In this document: piece after piece, positions 47,645 to 57,552 of the stretch
Layout of the letters: the number at the start of each line of letters is the position of its first letter
Position numbering within the stretch: the first letter of the stretch is position 1
IMG/VR virus record: IMGVR_UViG_3300013119_001061
Length of the DNA: 64,000 nt
Strand: one strand, 5' to 3'
Source: a virus
Position numbers and translations under genes: made by a program
Notes under the pieces: model-generated
The model's database searches: none
What the model saw: only the letters and a program-made list of their open reading frames with translations
Told to the model about the DNA's origin: nothing

Positions 47645-50134
47645 ATGTCAAAATATACAATTGATTTGAAGGACCTTCGTCTCACAGACATTGAGAAGGT
47701 CGGCGGAAAGAGTGCCTCTCTGGGAGAGATGATTCAATCACTGTCTGAGATCGGTGTCAATATCCCGGGCGGCTTTGCAGTTACAGTCCAGGCATACAGA
47801 GACTTCCTCGCAGCTAATGGCCTCGAAGACAAAATCAGAAAGCTAATCGAATCATGCGACGTTGATGACCTTGTCCAGCTCAGGCAAATTGGCACTCAGA
47901 TCAGAGAGATGATTCGTCAGTGTGAGTTCCCAGATGATATGCGCGCCGAGATCAAGATTGCCTATGAGGAGCTCTCCCAGAGATATGGCCAGGATATCAC
48001 AGATGTTGCTGTGAGATCTTCCGCCACTGCAGAGGATTTACCGGATGCCTCTTTCGCCGGCCAGCAGGAGACGTTTCTGAATGTTCGAGGCTGGAAGGGC
48101 GTTCTAACTGCAACCCGCAATTGCTTCGCGTCCCTCTTTACTGACAGAGCGATATCATACCGAACCACATTCAATTACGATCACTTCGATGTAGGACTCT
48201 CAGCTTGCGTTCAAAAGATGGTCAGGTCAGATCTCGGAGCTTCAGGCGTCGCATTCTCGCTGGACACGGAGTCTGGATTCAAGGATGTAGTTCTCATTAA
48301 CGGTTCGTGGGGTTTGGGTGAGATGGTGGTGCAAGGAGCTGTATCACCGGATGAGATGCTGGTATTCAAGCCTACACTAAAGAGCGGATACACGCCGATC
48401 ATTGAAAAGCGGATGGGTGACAAAGACAAGAAGATGATCTACTCTGACAACCCAGGTGAGAGAACAAAAATCATCTCTGTCTCACCTGACCAGCAAGGAT
48501 CATTTTGTATCGATGACGAGATGGTTCTCAAGCTAGCCGATTGGGTATGCAAGATTGAAACATACTACACAAACCTCCGCGGAACGTGGTGTCCGATGGA
48601 TGTTGAGTGGGCTGTTGATGGTTTGACGCACGAGCTATATATCGTGCAAGCCCGCCCGGAGACAATCCACTCTCAACGCCAGCAAGACGTGATAACTGAA
48701 TATCATGTCAATGACCCGCTCCGCGCCAAACGCTTAATTGCAAAAGGTGTTGCAGTTGGTGATGGAATATCAACGGGTAAAGTTCGAATCATGTATTCAC
48801 TCGACGGCCGTGACGGCGGATCTGACGAGACAGATTTTGAACCCGGCGATGTGCTAGTGACAGAGATGACTGATCCAGACTGGGAGCCTATAATGAAAAA
48901 GGCAGCAGCCATCATCACCAACCGAGGGGGCAGAACCTGCCATGCAGCAATTGTCGCCCGTGAGATGGGAATTCCAGCAGTGGTCGGTGCCAAAGGTTTA
49001 GACAAAAGGCTTTCCACAAAATGCCTAAATGAAGGACAGATCGTTACCGTATCATGCGCTGAGGGAGACGTTGCCAATATTTACGACGGGATTGTGCTAT
49101 ATGAATCGTTAACCACAAAGCTGAGTGACCTGGCTGAGACCCATACACCGATCATGATGAACGTAGGATCACCCGACCAAGCATTTAAATTTGCTGCCAT
49201 ACCCAATGCGGGAGTCGGCTTGGCGCGCGAAGAGTTCATCATCAACAACTACATTCAGGCACACCCGATGGCGCTGCTTAAGCATCGAGAAGTAGGCGAC
49301 CCGGAGCTCACAGCAAAGATTGAAGATTTGACGAAGGGTTATGAAAGTGAAGAAGAGTTCTTTATCAAGCGTCTATCGTATGGTATTGCAAAGATCGCGT
49401 CAGCATTCTATCCCAACGAAGTAATCGTCAGGTTTAGCGACTTTAAATCCAACGAATACCGAGGTCTGCTAGGCGGAGAACACTTCGAGCCTACGGAAGA
49501 GAATCCAATGCTCGGTTGGAGAGGCGCATCACGCTATTACTCACCCGAATACCGAGAAGCGTTTGGGATGGAGTGCAAAGCCATTCGTCGAGTTCGCGAA
49601 AAGATGGGCCTGAAGAATGTGACAGTGATGATTCCATTCTGCCGAACAGTCGGCGAACTCCACAAAGTATATGATGTCATGAGTGCTTACGGACTTGAAC
49701 GAGGCCGAGAGGACCTAAAAGTATTTTTAATGGCTGAGCTACCATCCAACGTAATCCTTGCTGGTGAATTTGCAAAACACATTGATGGATTCTCAATCGG
49801 AAGCAACGATCTAACGCAGCTTACTCTCGGCTTAGACAGAGACAGTGAGCTGGTCCAGCATCTCTACGATGAGAGAGATGACGCTGTAAAGAAGATGCTA
49901 GCAATGGTAATCTGTCAGGCTAAAGCCTGCGGTGTCAAAGTCGGAATATGCGGCCAGGGTCCATCTGATTTTCCAGATCTGGCAGCGTTCCTTGTTCTGC
50001 AGGGAATTGATTCAATTTCTGTGACTCCGGATAGTATGTTAAAGACCCGAAGGGCTATATATGATATAGAGCATAGAAATCTAATCCAAGGACGGAATAG
50101 AGAGTATAATAATCCCAACGAAGGAAATAAATGA
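47645..50134 (+). CDS. ppsA: phosphoenolpyruvate synthase
   Basis: VGGKSASLGE, AVRSSATAEDLPDASFAGQQ, GGRTCHAAI, EENPMLGWRG, FSIGSNDLTQ, GICGQ. Confidence 0.96.
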   Translation: MSKYTIDLKDLRLTDIEKVGGKSASLGEMIQSLSEIGVNIPGGFAVTVQAYRDFLAANGLEDKIRKLIESCDVDDLVQLRQIGTQIREMIRQCEFPDDMRAEIKIAYEELSQRYGQDITDVAVRSSATAEDLPDASFAGQQETFLNVRGWKGVLTATRNCFASLFTDRAISYRTTFNYDHFDVGLSACVQKMVRSDLGASGVAFSLDTESGFKDVVLINGSWGLGEMVVQGAVSPDEMLVFKPTLKSGYTPIIEKRMGDKDKKMIYSDNPGERTKIISVSPDQQGSFCIDDEMVLKLADWVCKIETYYTNLRGTWCPMDVEWAVDGLTHELYIVQARPETIHSQRQQDVITEYHVNDPLRAKRLIAKGVAVGDGISTGKVRIMYSLDGRDGGSDETDFEPGDVLVTEMTDPDWEPIMKKAAAIITNRGGRTCHAAIVAREMGIPAVVGAKGLDKRLSTKCLNEGQIVTVSCAEGDVANIYDGIVLYESLTTKLSDLAETHTPIMMNVGSPDQAFKFAAIPNAGVGLAREEFIINNYIQAHPMALLKHREVGDPELTAKIEDLTKGYESEEEFFIKRLSYGIAKIASAFYPNEVIVRFSDFKSNEYRGLLGGEHFEPTEENPMLGWRGASRYYSPEYREAFGMECKAIRRVREKMGLKNVTVMIPFCRTVGELHKVYDVMSAYGLERGREDLKVFLMAELPSNVILAGEFAKHIDGFSIGSNDLTQLTLGLDRDSELVQHLYDERDDAVKKMLAMVICQAKACGVKVGICGQGPSDFPDLAAFLVLQGIDSISVTPDSMLKTRRAIYDIEHRNLIQGRNREYNNPNEGNK

Positions 50135-51963
50135 GAAACTCTATAAGAAACGCCAATCCAAGAACGTTGGGACTTTGGTTTATGGCCCTCGCGATAATTT
50201 TCTTTTTATTGTCATCGCCAGGACACAGAGATAGCAACGTAAGAAAAGTCAGCTATACTGAGATGATTCAACTTATTCAGGAGCTGCCCGCAGGGAAAGA
50301 TTCAAAATCAACGCTAACGATTAGCGGAGATAGATGGGAACTGATACAGGATGACGACCCCGGAATCACAACCTCAGTAGGCCCAGTTACAGAGGGCTTC
50401 CTTGATCTGGCACAAAAGCATCATCCGGGCCTAAAGCTGGTAATATCACCCAGAGAAACACCGTCGGCATTTTGGTCATTCCTGGGCAGCTTCCTTCCAT
50501 TCGTTCTTATTTTTGGTATCATATTTTTCTTCGTCAAAAATATGACTAAAACACAAGGCAGGGCAATGGACTTCAATAAAAGCAAGCATAAGATCATATT
50601 GCCAGGTGAAAATAAAAAGAAATTTTCTGACGTGGCTGGGTGTGATGAGGCAAAGGCAGACCTTGAAGAGGTTGTTGACTATCTCAAAGATCCAGCTAAG
50701 TATTATAAGCTCGGCGCCAAACTACCAAAGGGGATTCTATTAGCAGGCCCGCCCGGAACAGGCAAGACACTTTTAGCTCAGGCCCTCGCCGGCGAAGCCG
50801 GCGTTCACTTTCTAACCATCTCAGGTTCAGACTTCGTTGAAATGTTTGTTGGTGTTGGTGCATCTCGAGTCAGAGATTTGTTTGAAGCAGCAGAGATGCT
50901 CGCGCCTGCCATTATATTCATTGATGAGATCGACGCCGTCGGTCGCCAGCGCGGTGCAGGCATGGGCGGAGGCAACGATGAACGTGAACAAACACTCAAC
51001 CAGCTCCTCGTCGGAATGGATGGCTTTGAAGAAAACAGCGGGATTATGGTTCTTGCTGCATCCAACCGACCCGATGTCCTCGATCCGGCACTTCTCAGAC
51101 CCGGGCGCTTCGACCGCCGCGTTACAGTTGGTCGCCCAGACATTAAAGGCCGCGCAGAGATCCTGAGGATTCATCTCAGAGACATTCCGCTGGATCCAGG
51201 TGTAGATATTCAAGTCATAGCACGATCAACACCAGGGATGACAGGAGCAGATCTAGCTAATCTGTGCAATGAAGCAGCATTGAATGCGGCGAAGGACAAT
51301 AGAGAGAAGGTAATTGATACTGACTTCGAAGTCGCCAGAGACAAAGTTACAATGGGATCCCCTCGAAAATCTATGATCATGTCTGATGAGCAAAAGCTAG
51401 CCACAGCAAGACACGAGGCAGGACATGCTGTCGTGGCATTCCATACAAAGACCTCAGATCCACTGCACAAGGTTACCATTATTCCTCACGGCGGAGCACT
51501 CGGTTTGACAATGCAACTACCCGAAGAGGACAAGCATTGCTCAACACATGAAGAGTATGAAGACAGAATCAAGGTATTGCTCGGCGGTTATCTAGCTGAG
51601 AAGATGTATTACGGCGACAAGGGCTCAACAACAGGTGTCAAGAATGACCTCCAGCGTGTTAAGGCAATTGCTGCAAGCATGGTCAAAGAGTTCGGTATGT
51701 CGCCATTAGGCCCGATCTACAACGCCACCGGAAATGACAGCCCATTCTTAGGTCGAGAAATGGGGACAGCTAGAAAATCAGATCTGAGCGAAGTGGTTTC
51801 TGCCCGAATCGACAAGGAGATCCGGAACGTGATTGAATCATCTCTCGAAGCAGCACAAGATATTTTGACAAAGAACAAAGCAGTAATGGACAAGATGGTT
51901 GATGATCTGATGGAGCATGAAACGCTCAATGCAGACCAGCTTAATAAAGTTCTGTTAACATAA
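50131..51963 (+). CDS. ftsH: ATP-dependent zinc metalloprotease FtsH
   Basis: Two TMs, [28 protein letters not shown]. Confidence 0.96.
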   Translation: MRNSIRNANPRTLGLWFMALAIIFFLLSSPGHRDSNVRKVSYTEMIQLIQELPAGKDSKSTLTISGDRWELIQDDDPGITTSVGPVTEGFLDLAQKHHPGLKLVISPRETPSAFWSFLGSFLPFVLIFGIIFFFVKNMTKTQGRAMDFNKSKHKIILPGENKKKFSDVAGCDEAKADLEEVVDYLKDPAKYYKLGAKLPKGILLAGPPGTGKTLLAQALAGEAGVHFLTISGSDFVEMFVGVGASRVRDLFEAAEMLAPAIIFIDEIDAVGRQRGAGMGGGNDEREQTLNQLLVGMDGFEENSGIMVLAASNRPDVLDPALLRPGRFDRRVTVGRPDIKGRAEILRIHLRDIPLDPGVDIQVIARSTPGMTGADLANLCNEAALNAAKDNREKVIDTDFEVARDKVTMGSPRKSMIMSDEQKLATARHEAGHAVVAFHTKTSDPLHKVTIIPHGGALGLTMQLPEEDKHCSTHEEYEDRIKVLLGGYLAEKMYYGDKGSTTGVKNDLQRVKAIAASMVKEFGMSPLGPIYNATGNDSPFLGREMGTARKSDLSEVVSARIDKEIRNVIESSLEAAQDILTKNKAVMDKMVDDLMEHETLNADQLNKVLLT

Positions 51964-51976
51964 AGAATGGATTGAA

Positions 51977-52309
51977 ATGAAGCTATCATTAGATACTCTC
52001 TCCGGAGACGTAGTAAAAAAGACTGACGTATATACCGTCATCGACAACACAGAGCTAAACAATCTTGTTGTCTCAAAAACAATACTGCATCCCGAAATGT
52101 CAACATCAGGGCACACACATAAAGGACAAGAAGAAGTATATCAATTTATCTCTGGGCACGGTCTTATGTATGTTGGCAAGGAGACATATGATGTCAACTC
52201 GGGTGTTACAGTGCTTATTCCTGATGGCGAATTTCACAAAGTCGCCAACTCAAGTGAGTATGAGGATCTAGTATTTATTTGTGTTTTTGACGGCAATAGA
52301 AGTCATTAA
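51977..52309 (+). CDS. cupin domain protein
   Basis: GHTHKGQEEVY...IPDGEFH. Confidence 0.85.
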   Translation: MKLSLDTLSGDVVKKTDVYTVIDNTELNNLVVSKTILHPEMSTSGHTHKGQEEVYQFISGHGLMYVGKETYDVNSGVTVLIPDGEFHKVANSSEYEDLVFICVFDGNRSH

Positions 52310-52349
52310 TAATATAAAATCTTGATTATTAGACTATAATAAATCATAT

Positions 52350-52437
52350 GGAAAGTTGGCCGAGTGGTCGAAGGCGACGCATTAGAAATGCGTTGAGGTG
52401 CAAGTCTCCGTGGGTTCGAATCCCACACTTTCCTCCA
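52350..52437 (+). tRNA. tRNA-Ser (anticodon AGA), encoded CCA
   Basis: Acceptor GGAAAGT/ACTTTCC, D arm GCC-GAGTGGTCGAA-GGC, anticodon arm ACGCA-TTAGAAA-TGCGT, long variable arm, T arm GTGGG-TTCGAAT-CCCAC, 3' TCCA. Confidence 0.9.
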
Positions 52438-52457
52438 ATTTCTCTGAAGGAGATCGA

Positions 52458-53225
52458 ATGAAGAAGCTCGTTTGTTATATGCTAATGTTCACAGGTTGCA
52501 ATAGCGGCAATGATTCTGTCACGCAAGAGGTAAAGTCTGAATACTCATATGAAGATGAAATGGTTAGGGTCTACGCTGACGACGTCATTCCAGCCATCAA
52601 GCTAAATGAGACTGAACAAAATACACGGGATGCTTCTGTAAAAGTCTTCACGCCCGGCATGGGAAGAGGATCAGGCTGCTATGTAACGTATAAGGGAACA
52701 AATCTTGTCATTACTGCCGCCCATGTAATCAATGACTCTAAGACTAATTGGTTTTGGGTTGTCAACAATAAGCAAAAGGTCAAAGCTCACGCTGCTTATT
52801 TTAATGGTGCTGAGGACATTGCACTGCTAGCTGTTCCTGATGCAAAGATCGCTGATCCTGTCCCGCTTGCAGTAGAGAATACATATCCCGATATCGGTGA
52901 GGAAATAATCTACTCAGGCTGGCCAGGACACCATTCTCTCTTGACGATCCGCGGCGAAGTTGTAGGATATCAAAAAATCAGCAGGGGCAAAGAGAAGCTT
53001 GTCGTTCATACATACGGTTGGCCCGGGGCCTCGGGATCATGTTTCTTTAATGCAGCTGGGGCAGTTGTTGGTATCCTCGTAGCACTCCCGGTCGAAAGAG
53101 GATATGTTCCGCAGCTTCTTGAGAGCATGGTTTACGCAACCCCCATCAAACATCTGGATCTTGACAAGCTCGACAAGGCTCTTTGCACCTTGCCTAAAAA
53201 TGTTCGACCTGAGATGTGTAAGTAG
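52458..53225 (+). CDS. trypsin-like serine protease, probable lipoprotein
   Basis: Lipobox-like FTGC; ITAAHV, DIALL, GASGS; SD AAGGAG. Confidence 0.8.
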   Translation: MKKLVCYMLMFTGCNSGNDSVTQEVKSEYSYEDEMVRVYADDVIPAIKLNETEQNTRDASVKVFTPGMGRGSGCYVTYKGTNLVITAAHVINDSKTNWFWVVNNKQKVKAHAAYFNGAEDIALLAVPDAKIADPVPLAVENTYPDIGEEIIYSGWPGHHSLLTIRGEVVGYQKISRGKEKLVVHTYGWPGASGSCFFNAAGAVVGILVALPVERGYVPQLLESMVYATPIKHLDLDKLDKALCTLPKNVRPEMCK

Positions 53226-53231
53226 GCAATC

Positions 53232-53585
53232 ATGTTACTAGCATTTGTTCTCGCCACTTCACTCCCAGCATATCATCCAGCAGCGCCAATAAAATGTGTT
53301 AAGTACATGCCGGGATCCAATAGTGTCATACCTGATAACGTCGCGTTTAGATATTCGCCCTCGCAATGGCGAGACAACCAGATGAGATGCTATTGTGAAG
53401 TCGTCCGACCAATCGAAGGAAGATGCATCAGATCAGGCTACAGTAGATCGCAGTGTAAATCACGAACAACAACTTGGGTCAATGAGAACTTCCAGATTGT
53501 GGATGCCAACAACAATCAAAATCAAGAAGGGCAAGGAAATAATGCAAGACGAAACTTTATCCTCAATATCAGTCCACGCCACTAA
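53232..53585 (+). CDS. exported Cys-containing hypothetical protein
   Basis: Signal peptide-like N-terminus. Confidence 0.55.
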   Translation: MLLAFVLATSLPAYHPAAPIKCVKYMPGSNSVIPDNVAFRYSPSQWRDNQMRCYCEVVRPIEGRCIRSGYSRSQCKSRTTTWVNENFQIVDANNNQNQEGQGNNARRNFILNISPRH

Positions 53586-53994
53586 AAAAGGCTTCGTGCT
53601 GATGGTGACTTTGATGATGCTAGTGATAATCTCTCTTGTAGCAACGATGTTGTGGCATTCGTCGAATACTGAGATGCTTATTGCAGGAAATTCTCGCAGA
53701 GCTATGCATGCAAAACACTCAGCATCGTCAGGTATTAATCATTTTATGGCAATGGATTTCTATGCTGACGACGTTTATGAAATGCTAGGCAATATGAACG
53801 AAGCACAAATTATTAATACTACGACAATCCCGGGAACAAAGCAATCATATGATGTGAAGGTTACTACATGCTGTGATCAAAATGGAAATAGATTGCGCAA
53901 CGGCCTATTCAAAGTAATCAGCTCAGGATATTATGGTAATATATCGGGATCACATGCTGTTCATGTCCTCGAAGCAACAATCAAAACGGAATAA
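53542..53994 (+). CDS. PilX-like type IV minor pilin
   Basis: KKG|FVLMVTLMMLVIISLV...SNTEMLIAGN...HSASSGI; C-terminal FKVISSG. Confidence 0.7.
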   Translation: MQDETLSSISVHATKKGFVLMVTLMMLVIISLVATMLWHSSNTEMLIAGNSRRAMHAKHSASSGINHFMAMDFYADDVYEMLGNMNEAQIINTTTIPGTKQSYDVKVTTCCDQNGNRLRNGLFKVISSGYYGNISGSHAVHVLEATIKTE

Positions 53995-54000
53995 AAAATT

Positions 54001-54822
54001 ATGAGTCAAATTGAATTAAATCTAAAACCCTGGTATCAAGATCTTTGTGATTATTACAGCGTATCCCCAGAGAAAGCCCTTGAGCTAGGAACAAGAGCAA
54101 CAGGAAGAAAGCCAGATTTACCAGGATCAGATACATGTGAACCTGTAGCAGACATGACATTTGAAGATATCTGGGAAAGTAAAGATAGAAAATCTGTAAA
54201 AGATGTATTCCAGTTTTATAAAGATCAAGGCGCGTGGAGCGCGTTTAGACAGTGTGTTCGTCATAAAGATTTGGTGCAATTACATTTGAATTTTTTGGCG
54301 CCGTTCCTGTCGTCAGGAGCCCATGTATGTGAGTATGGCTCGGGTGTTGCCCCGTATATGAATACATTGTTGCAAGCAATCACATCAGAATCAGATTTAG
54401 ATATATCAATTGCTGATGTTGATTGTGAGCACTTTAATTTTGCAAAGTGGCGTCTAGATAAGCTTTTGAAAGATAGAAATTTAAAAAATGTAAATCTTTT
54501 CTCTCACACAATTCAGACAGACGATTTGCCGAAATTCCATAAAAACTTAGATTTGGTAACAATTTTTGAGGTTTTAGAGCATGTGCCAGATCCAGTCGCA
54601 GTTATTAAAAATCTTTATAAACAAATGAATGAAAGCTGTGTTCTTGTAGAGAATTTTATTCTAGCACCTGACGTTCTTGAAGGTGAAGAGTTTGAAGGAC
54701 CGGATTTAAAATCCGCCGCATTATTGAGAGATGAGTATCTAGATTTTGTAGAAAAGAATTTTGATTTAATTACAAAAGAAGATGCTAATCCTAATGCAAC
54801 TCGTATTTGGAAAAAGAAATAA
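54001..54822 (+). CDS. class I SAM-dependent methyltransferase
   Basis: VCEYGSGV, ADVD, FEVLEHVPDP. Confidence 0.8.
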   Translation: MSQIELNLKPWYQDLCDYYSVSPEKALELGTRATGRKPDLPGSDTCEPVADMTFEDIWESKDRKSVKDVFQFYKDQGAWSAFRQCVRHKDLVQLHLNFLAPFLSSGAHVCEYGSGVAPYMNTLLQAITSESDLDISIADVDCEHFNFAKWRLDKLLKDRNLKNVNLFSHTIQTDDLPKFHKNLDLVTIFEVLEHVPDPVAVIKNLYKQMNESCVLVENFILAPDVLEGEEFEGPDLKSAALLRDEYLDFVEKNFDLITKEDANPNATRIWKKK

Positions 54823-54837
54823 AATTGGGCAGTAAGG

Positions 54838-55110
54838 GTGTCGAAAGACAATAGTAAAAAAAGAATCCTCAAACCTGGCATGCTCGTCAAATGTGTTGCT
54901 GGTGATCTGAGTGTGCATGAAAACGCAGTCATTGTCCGCTATCTTGACGAGGTAGAAAAAGAAGATCTCAGCATGCTCACGAACGACAGAAGTTATTCCA
55001 CGAGTGACGTCGTCGAGGTGCTGGTGTCTGACGGGCTGATCGTAGTTCACGAGATATACTGCAAGCCTTATGATATCAAAGTTCCGTGGGATCACGTATT
55101 TAAAGGCTGA
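54838..55110 (+). CDS. KOW/SH3-like small protein (array member)
   Basis: LKPGMLVKC. Confidence 0.6.
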   Translation: MSKDNSKKRILKPGMLVKCVAGDLSVHENAVIVRYLDEVEKEDLSMLTNDRSYSTSDVVEVLVSDGLIVVHEIYCKPYDIKVPWDHVFKG

Positions 55111-55116
55111 GTATAT

Positions 55117-55144
55117 GTGCAAACTGCTCCTCATGTAGTATAAT
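55117..55144 (+). promoter_or_regulatory. putative phage promoter GTGCAAA-N15-TATAAT
   Basis: Recurrent motif; SD GGAGG downstream. Confidence 0.6.
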
Positions 55145-55160
55145 CACTACGGAGGCAAAC

Positions 55161-55328
55161 ATGAAGCCAGGCACATTAATCAAGCTATCAAGTTCTACCC
55201 GAAGGGTCGGTCGTAATGCTGGTCAAGTTGGCGTCATTGTAGGGTATGATCGCTTCTCGCAATTCAGGGTTTTGATCAATGGAGAAATTATCAAATATCA
55301 TGAAACCCAAATCGAAGAAGAACTTTGA
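55161..55328 (+). CDS. KOW/SH3-like small protein (55 aa, not in ORF track)
   Basis: MKPGTLIKL...QVGVIVG...FRVLING; SD GGAGG. Confidence 0.65.
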   Translation: MKPGTLIKLSSSTRRVGRNAGQVGVIVGYDRFSQFRVLINGEIIKYHETQIEEEL

Positions 55329-55564
55329 ACACTCCTCGCCACCCACCAATCCAAGCCGGCGATCTAATCGAATTCATCGGTAACGATATAAGCAACTTCC
55401 GAAAAGGCGCCCAAGTAAAGCGAACCCTCGCTGTAGTTCTCACTGATGTCGATTCTGCTAACTGGTGGGATTACCGCGTAGACCTCCCCTGGGAAGGAAC
55501 CAGGGTTAACGGTGTATATACTAGCCCTTATCACCCGGAGCTATTATCAAATGAAGAAGGGTGA
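55325..55564 (+). CDS. KOW/SH3-like small protein (array member)
   Basis: IQAGDLIEF. Confidence 0.6.
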   Translation: MNTPRHPPIQAGDLIEFIGNDISNFRKGAQVKRTLAVVLTDVDSANWWDYRVDLPWEGTRVNGVYTSPYHPELLSNEEG

Positions 55565-55748
55565 TATGATAAAGTTCCTCGACATCTCGTTCGAGAGTGG
55601 TCTAAAGTTTGTCATCCCATCAGGTCAAAGGATCGGGATCATAATCAGAGAATCGTCTGATAAATCCGAATATGACGTTCAATTCCACGACGGAAAACGA
55701 ATATGGGTCAACGCAGAAAACCTGGAGGTTGTAAGTGAAGCCCGGTGA
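55551..55748 (+). CDS. KOW/SH3-like small protein (array member)
   Basis: MKKGDMIKF...IGIII. Confidence 0.65.
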   Translation: MKKGDMIKFLDISFESGLKFVIPSGQRIGIIIRESSDKSEYDVQFHDGKRIWVNAENLEVVSEAR

Positions 55749-55971
55749 TATCGTTAAATCAAATACGTCGTCAGCCCCCTGGTGGATGTCCGGTCAATGT
55801 GGGATCGTCACAGCATTTCACCCTTTGCCAAAGCCTTTACGTGATTATAGAAACAATAAAGACATCCAGCCAGGTCCAGCCGCTGATGTTAGGTGGTTAA
55901 AGAGCGGCCGCACAAGTAACACCTCAGTTTCAATGCTTGATATTGTTATGAGTAAAGATGAGAATCAATAG
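55735..55971 (+). CDS. KOW/SH3-like small protein (array member)
   Basis: MKPGDIVKS...CGIV...VRW. Confidence 0.65.
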   Translation: MKPGDIVKSNTSSAPWWMSGQCGIVTAFHPLPKPLRDYRNNKDIQPGPAADVRWLKSGRTSNTSVSMLDIVMSKDENQ

Positions 55972-55974
55972 AAG

Positions 55975-56202
55975 ATGATTGATATTCATTACAACGACTT
56001 CAAAACCGGAGACATGGTTCAAATGCTAAGCACGGATGCATTTGGTATCGTTACTGTAGTTGATGTTGATGATGCTGGCACAAACTTTTATTACGTTATG
56101 TGGATGTCTGGTGAAGATCTTGTTTCTCCGCCCTTCGAAGATATCGCGTGGGGTGAAGACTTGACTTTGATTTCGCGAGGAGACAAAAATGAAAAAAGGT
56201 GA
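55975..56202 (+). CDS. KOW/SH3-like small protein (array member)
   Basis: FKTGDMVQM...FGIV...YYVMW. Confidence 0.65.
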   Translation: MIDIHYNDFKTGDMVQMLSTDAFGIVTVVDVDDAGTNFYYVMWMSGEDLVSPPFEDIAWGEDLTLISRGDKNEKR

Positions 56203-56410
56203 TCTAGTCTGGGCGACAAGGGTGTGGTCTGGCAAGACTGGCACAGTTGGAATATGGAAAGAGGTTGAGCCTTTGCTGGCAGTAATCTGCGATGTTGATG
56301 TTTCACTTGAGTATGAAGAAGACGAATTAGGCTATAGGCTGTTGATTGACGGAAAGAAGAGCGATGCAATTTACTGCGAGTCAGATCTGGAGTTGGTAGA
56401 AAATGCTTAA
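56189..56410 (+). CDS. KOW/SH3-like small protein (array member)
   Basis: MKKGDLVWA. Confidence 0.65.
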   Translation: MKKGDLVWATRVWSGKTGTVGIWKEVEPLLAVICDVDVSLEYEEDELGYRLLIDGKKSDAIYCESDLELVENA

Positions 56411-56597
56411 ACCCGGCGATCTCGTTCAAATTAGAGACACCCCCTCGACTGGCCCATTCAAAGGTTTTGTTACTAAAGTTGAATCAGGGTTTTATAAGAG
56501 CCACGATGGGGTGTTTTGTTCTCGTCTAACAATCCTTTGGAGTGATGGTTCAAAGACTAGCGATCCTGAACCCTATGTTTGTAAGATCGATGTTTAA
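56403..56597 (+). CDS. KOW/SH3-like small protein (array member)
   Basis: LKPGDLVQI...ILWSDG. Confidence 0.65.
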   Translation: MLKPGDLVQIRDTPSTGPFKGFVTKVESGFYKSHDGVFCSRLTILWSDGSKTSDPEPYVCKIDV

Positions 56598-56793
56598 GCC
56601 CGGAGACTTCATCAAAGTCAATATATCAGATCAACAATTCCTTCCAAGCTGGCTTCAAGGAAAACTTGCGGTAGTTATAAAAAAGAGGGATGCACAAGGA
56701 CCCAGTGAAAATAATTTATACCGTGTTCTAATAAAGGGCGAGCAATGGGTCGTTGCTGAAAAACACTCGTGGAGGATCGATGAAAGATTCTAA
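56590..56793 (+). CDS. KOW/SH3-like small protein (array member)
   Basis: MFKPGDFIKV...YRVLIKG. Confidence 0.65.
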   Translation: MFKPGDFIKVNISDQQFLPSWLQGKLAVVIKKRDAQGPSENNLYRVLIKGEQWVVAEKHSWRIDERF

Positions 56794-57025
56794 TAGCAGC
56801 CAGGCACTTGTCAAAGGCGACATGGTCAAATACACGGGAAACTGGGACGGTTCAAAGTTCAAGCATGGTATCGTTATTGAAGGGCCATTCGTGATGGATT
56901 TTGCGTTCTCCGTTGCTGGAAAAGAAGCAGAACCTGAATTTGTCAATGTTAAGTGGTGGAAAACTGACGGAACAATCAGAACCCAGACAGATTCAATCTA
57001 TAATCTGGTGAAGGTTAATGAATAA
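56780..57025 (+). CDS. KOW/SH3-like small protein (array member)
   Basis: LVKGDMVKY...HGIVI...VKW. Confidence 0.65.
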   Translation: MKDSNSSQALVKGDMVKYTGNWDGSKFKHGIVIEGPFVMDFAFSVAGKEAEPEFVNVKWWKTDGTIRTQTDSIYNLVKVNE

Positions 57026-57026
57026 T

Positions 57027-57054
57027 GTGTAAACCGCAGAGGGTTACATATAAT
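57027..57054 (+). promoter_or_regulatory. putative phage promoter GTGTAAA-N15-TATAAT
   Basis: Recurrent motif inside the array. Confidence 0.6.
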
Positions 57055-57073
57055 ACCTATAAAGGATTCATAT

Positions 57074-57349
57074 ATGAAAAAAGGTGACTTAGTTTATTTC
57101 TCAGAAGTCAAAGCAAAGCCCGATGACTACATCAACTCTCCTCGATTCTGGTCTGACGAAGACGATCAAAGGATTCAGCCGGGCACAAAGGGCATGATCA
57201 TATCCTCAGAGATCATAGAGTGCCCACCAGGTGATTTCGACCCTCTAAATGAGTTTCCATACACAGTATTCACTGTCCTTCTAGAAGACGGTGTCATGAC
57301 CCGTGGCTGGACAGCGGGGGCGTTGATCAAGCTCCCAGAGATCAAATGA
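57074..57349 (+). CDS. KOW/SH3-like small protein (array member)
   Basis: MKKGDLVYF. Confidence 0.65.
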   Translation: MKKGDLVYFSEVKAKPDDYINSPRFWSDEDDQRIQPGTKGMIISSEIIECPPGDFDPLNEFPYTVFTVLLEDGVMTRGWTAGALIKLPEIK

Positions 57350-57552
57350 TCATACAAGGCGACCTAGTCAGAATTCAAACCGGATTACCTCCTTCACCGT
57401 ATTACAATAGTGTTATGTCAAAAAAGGCATTTGAAAACCCAATGTTTGTTACAGGTTTAATCTTTAGATACGACCAAAAATTATACGCAAAAGTTTTAAA
57501 TGCAGACAAGAAACTAATAGACGTCTATATCGAACATTTGGAGAAGATATAA
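57346..57552 (+). CDS. KOW/SH3-like small protein (array member)
   Basis: IIQGDLVRI. Confidence 0.65.
   Translation: MIIQGDLVRIQTGLPPSPYYNSVMSKKAFENPMFVTGLIFRYDQKLYAKVLNADKKLIDVYIEHLEKI

Noticed and set aside
52382-52388. tRNA read as Leu(TAG) or as an amber suppressor
   Set aside because: Stem pairing ACGCA/TGCGT fixes a 7-nt loop whose central triplet is AGA
52398-52457. Track start of the protease ORF at 52398
   Set aside because: It overlaps the tRNA; ATG 52458 has an SD and a signal peptide
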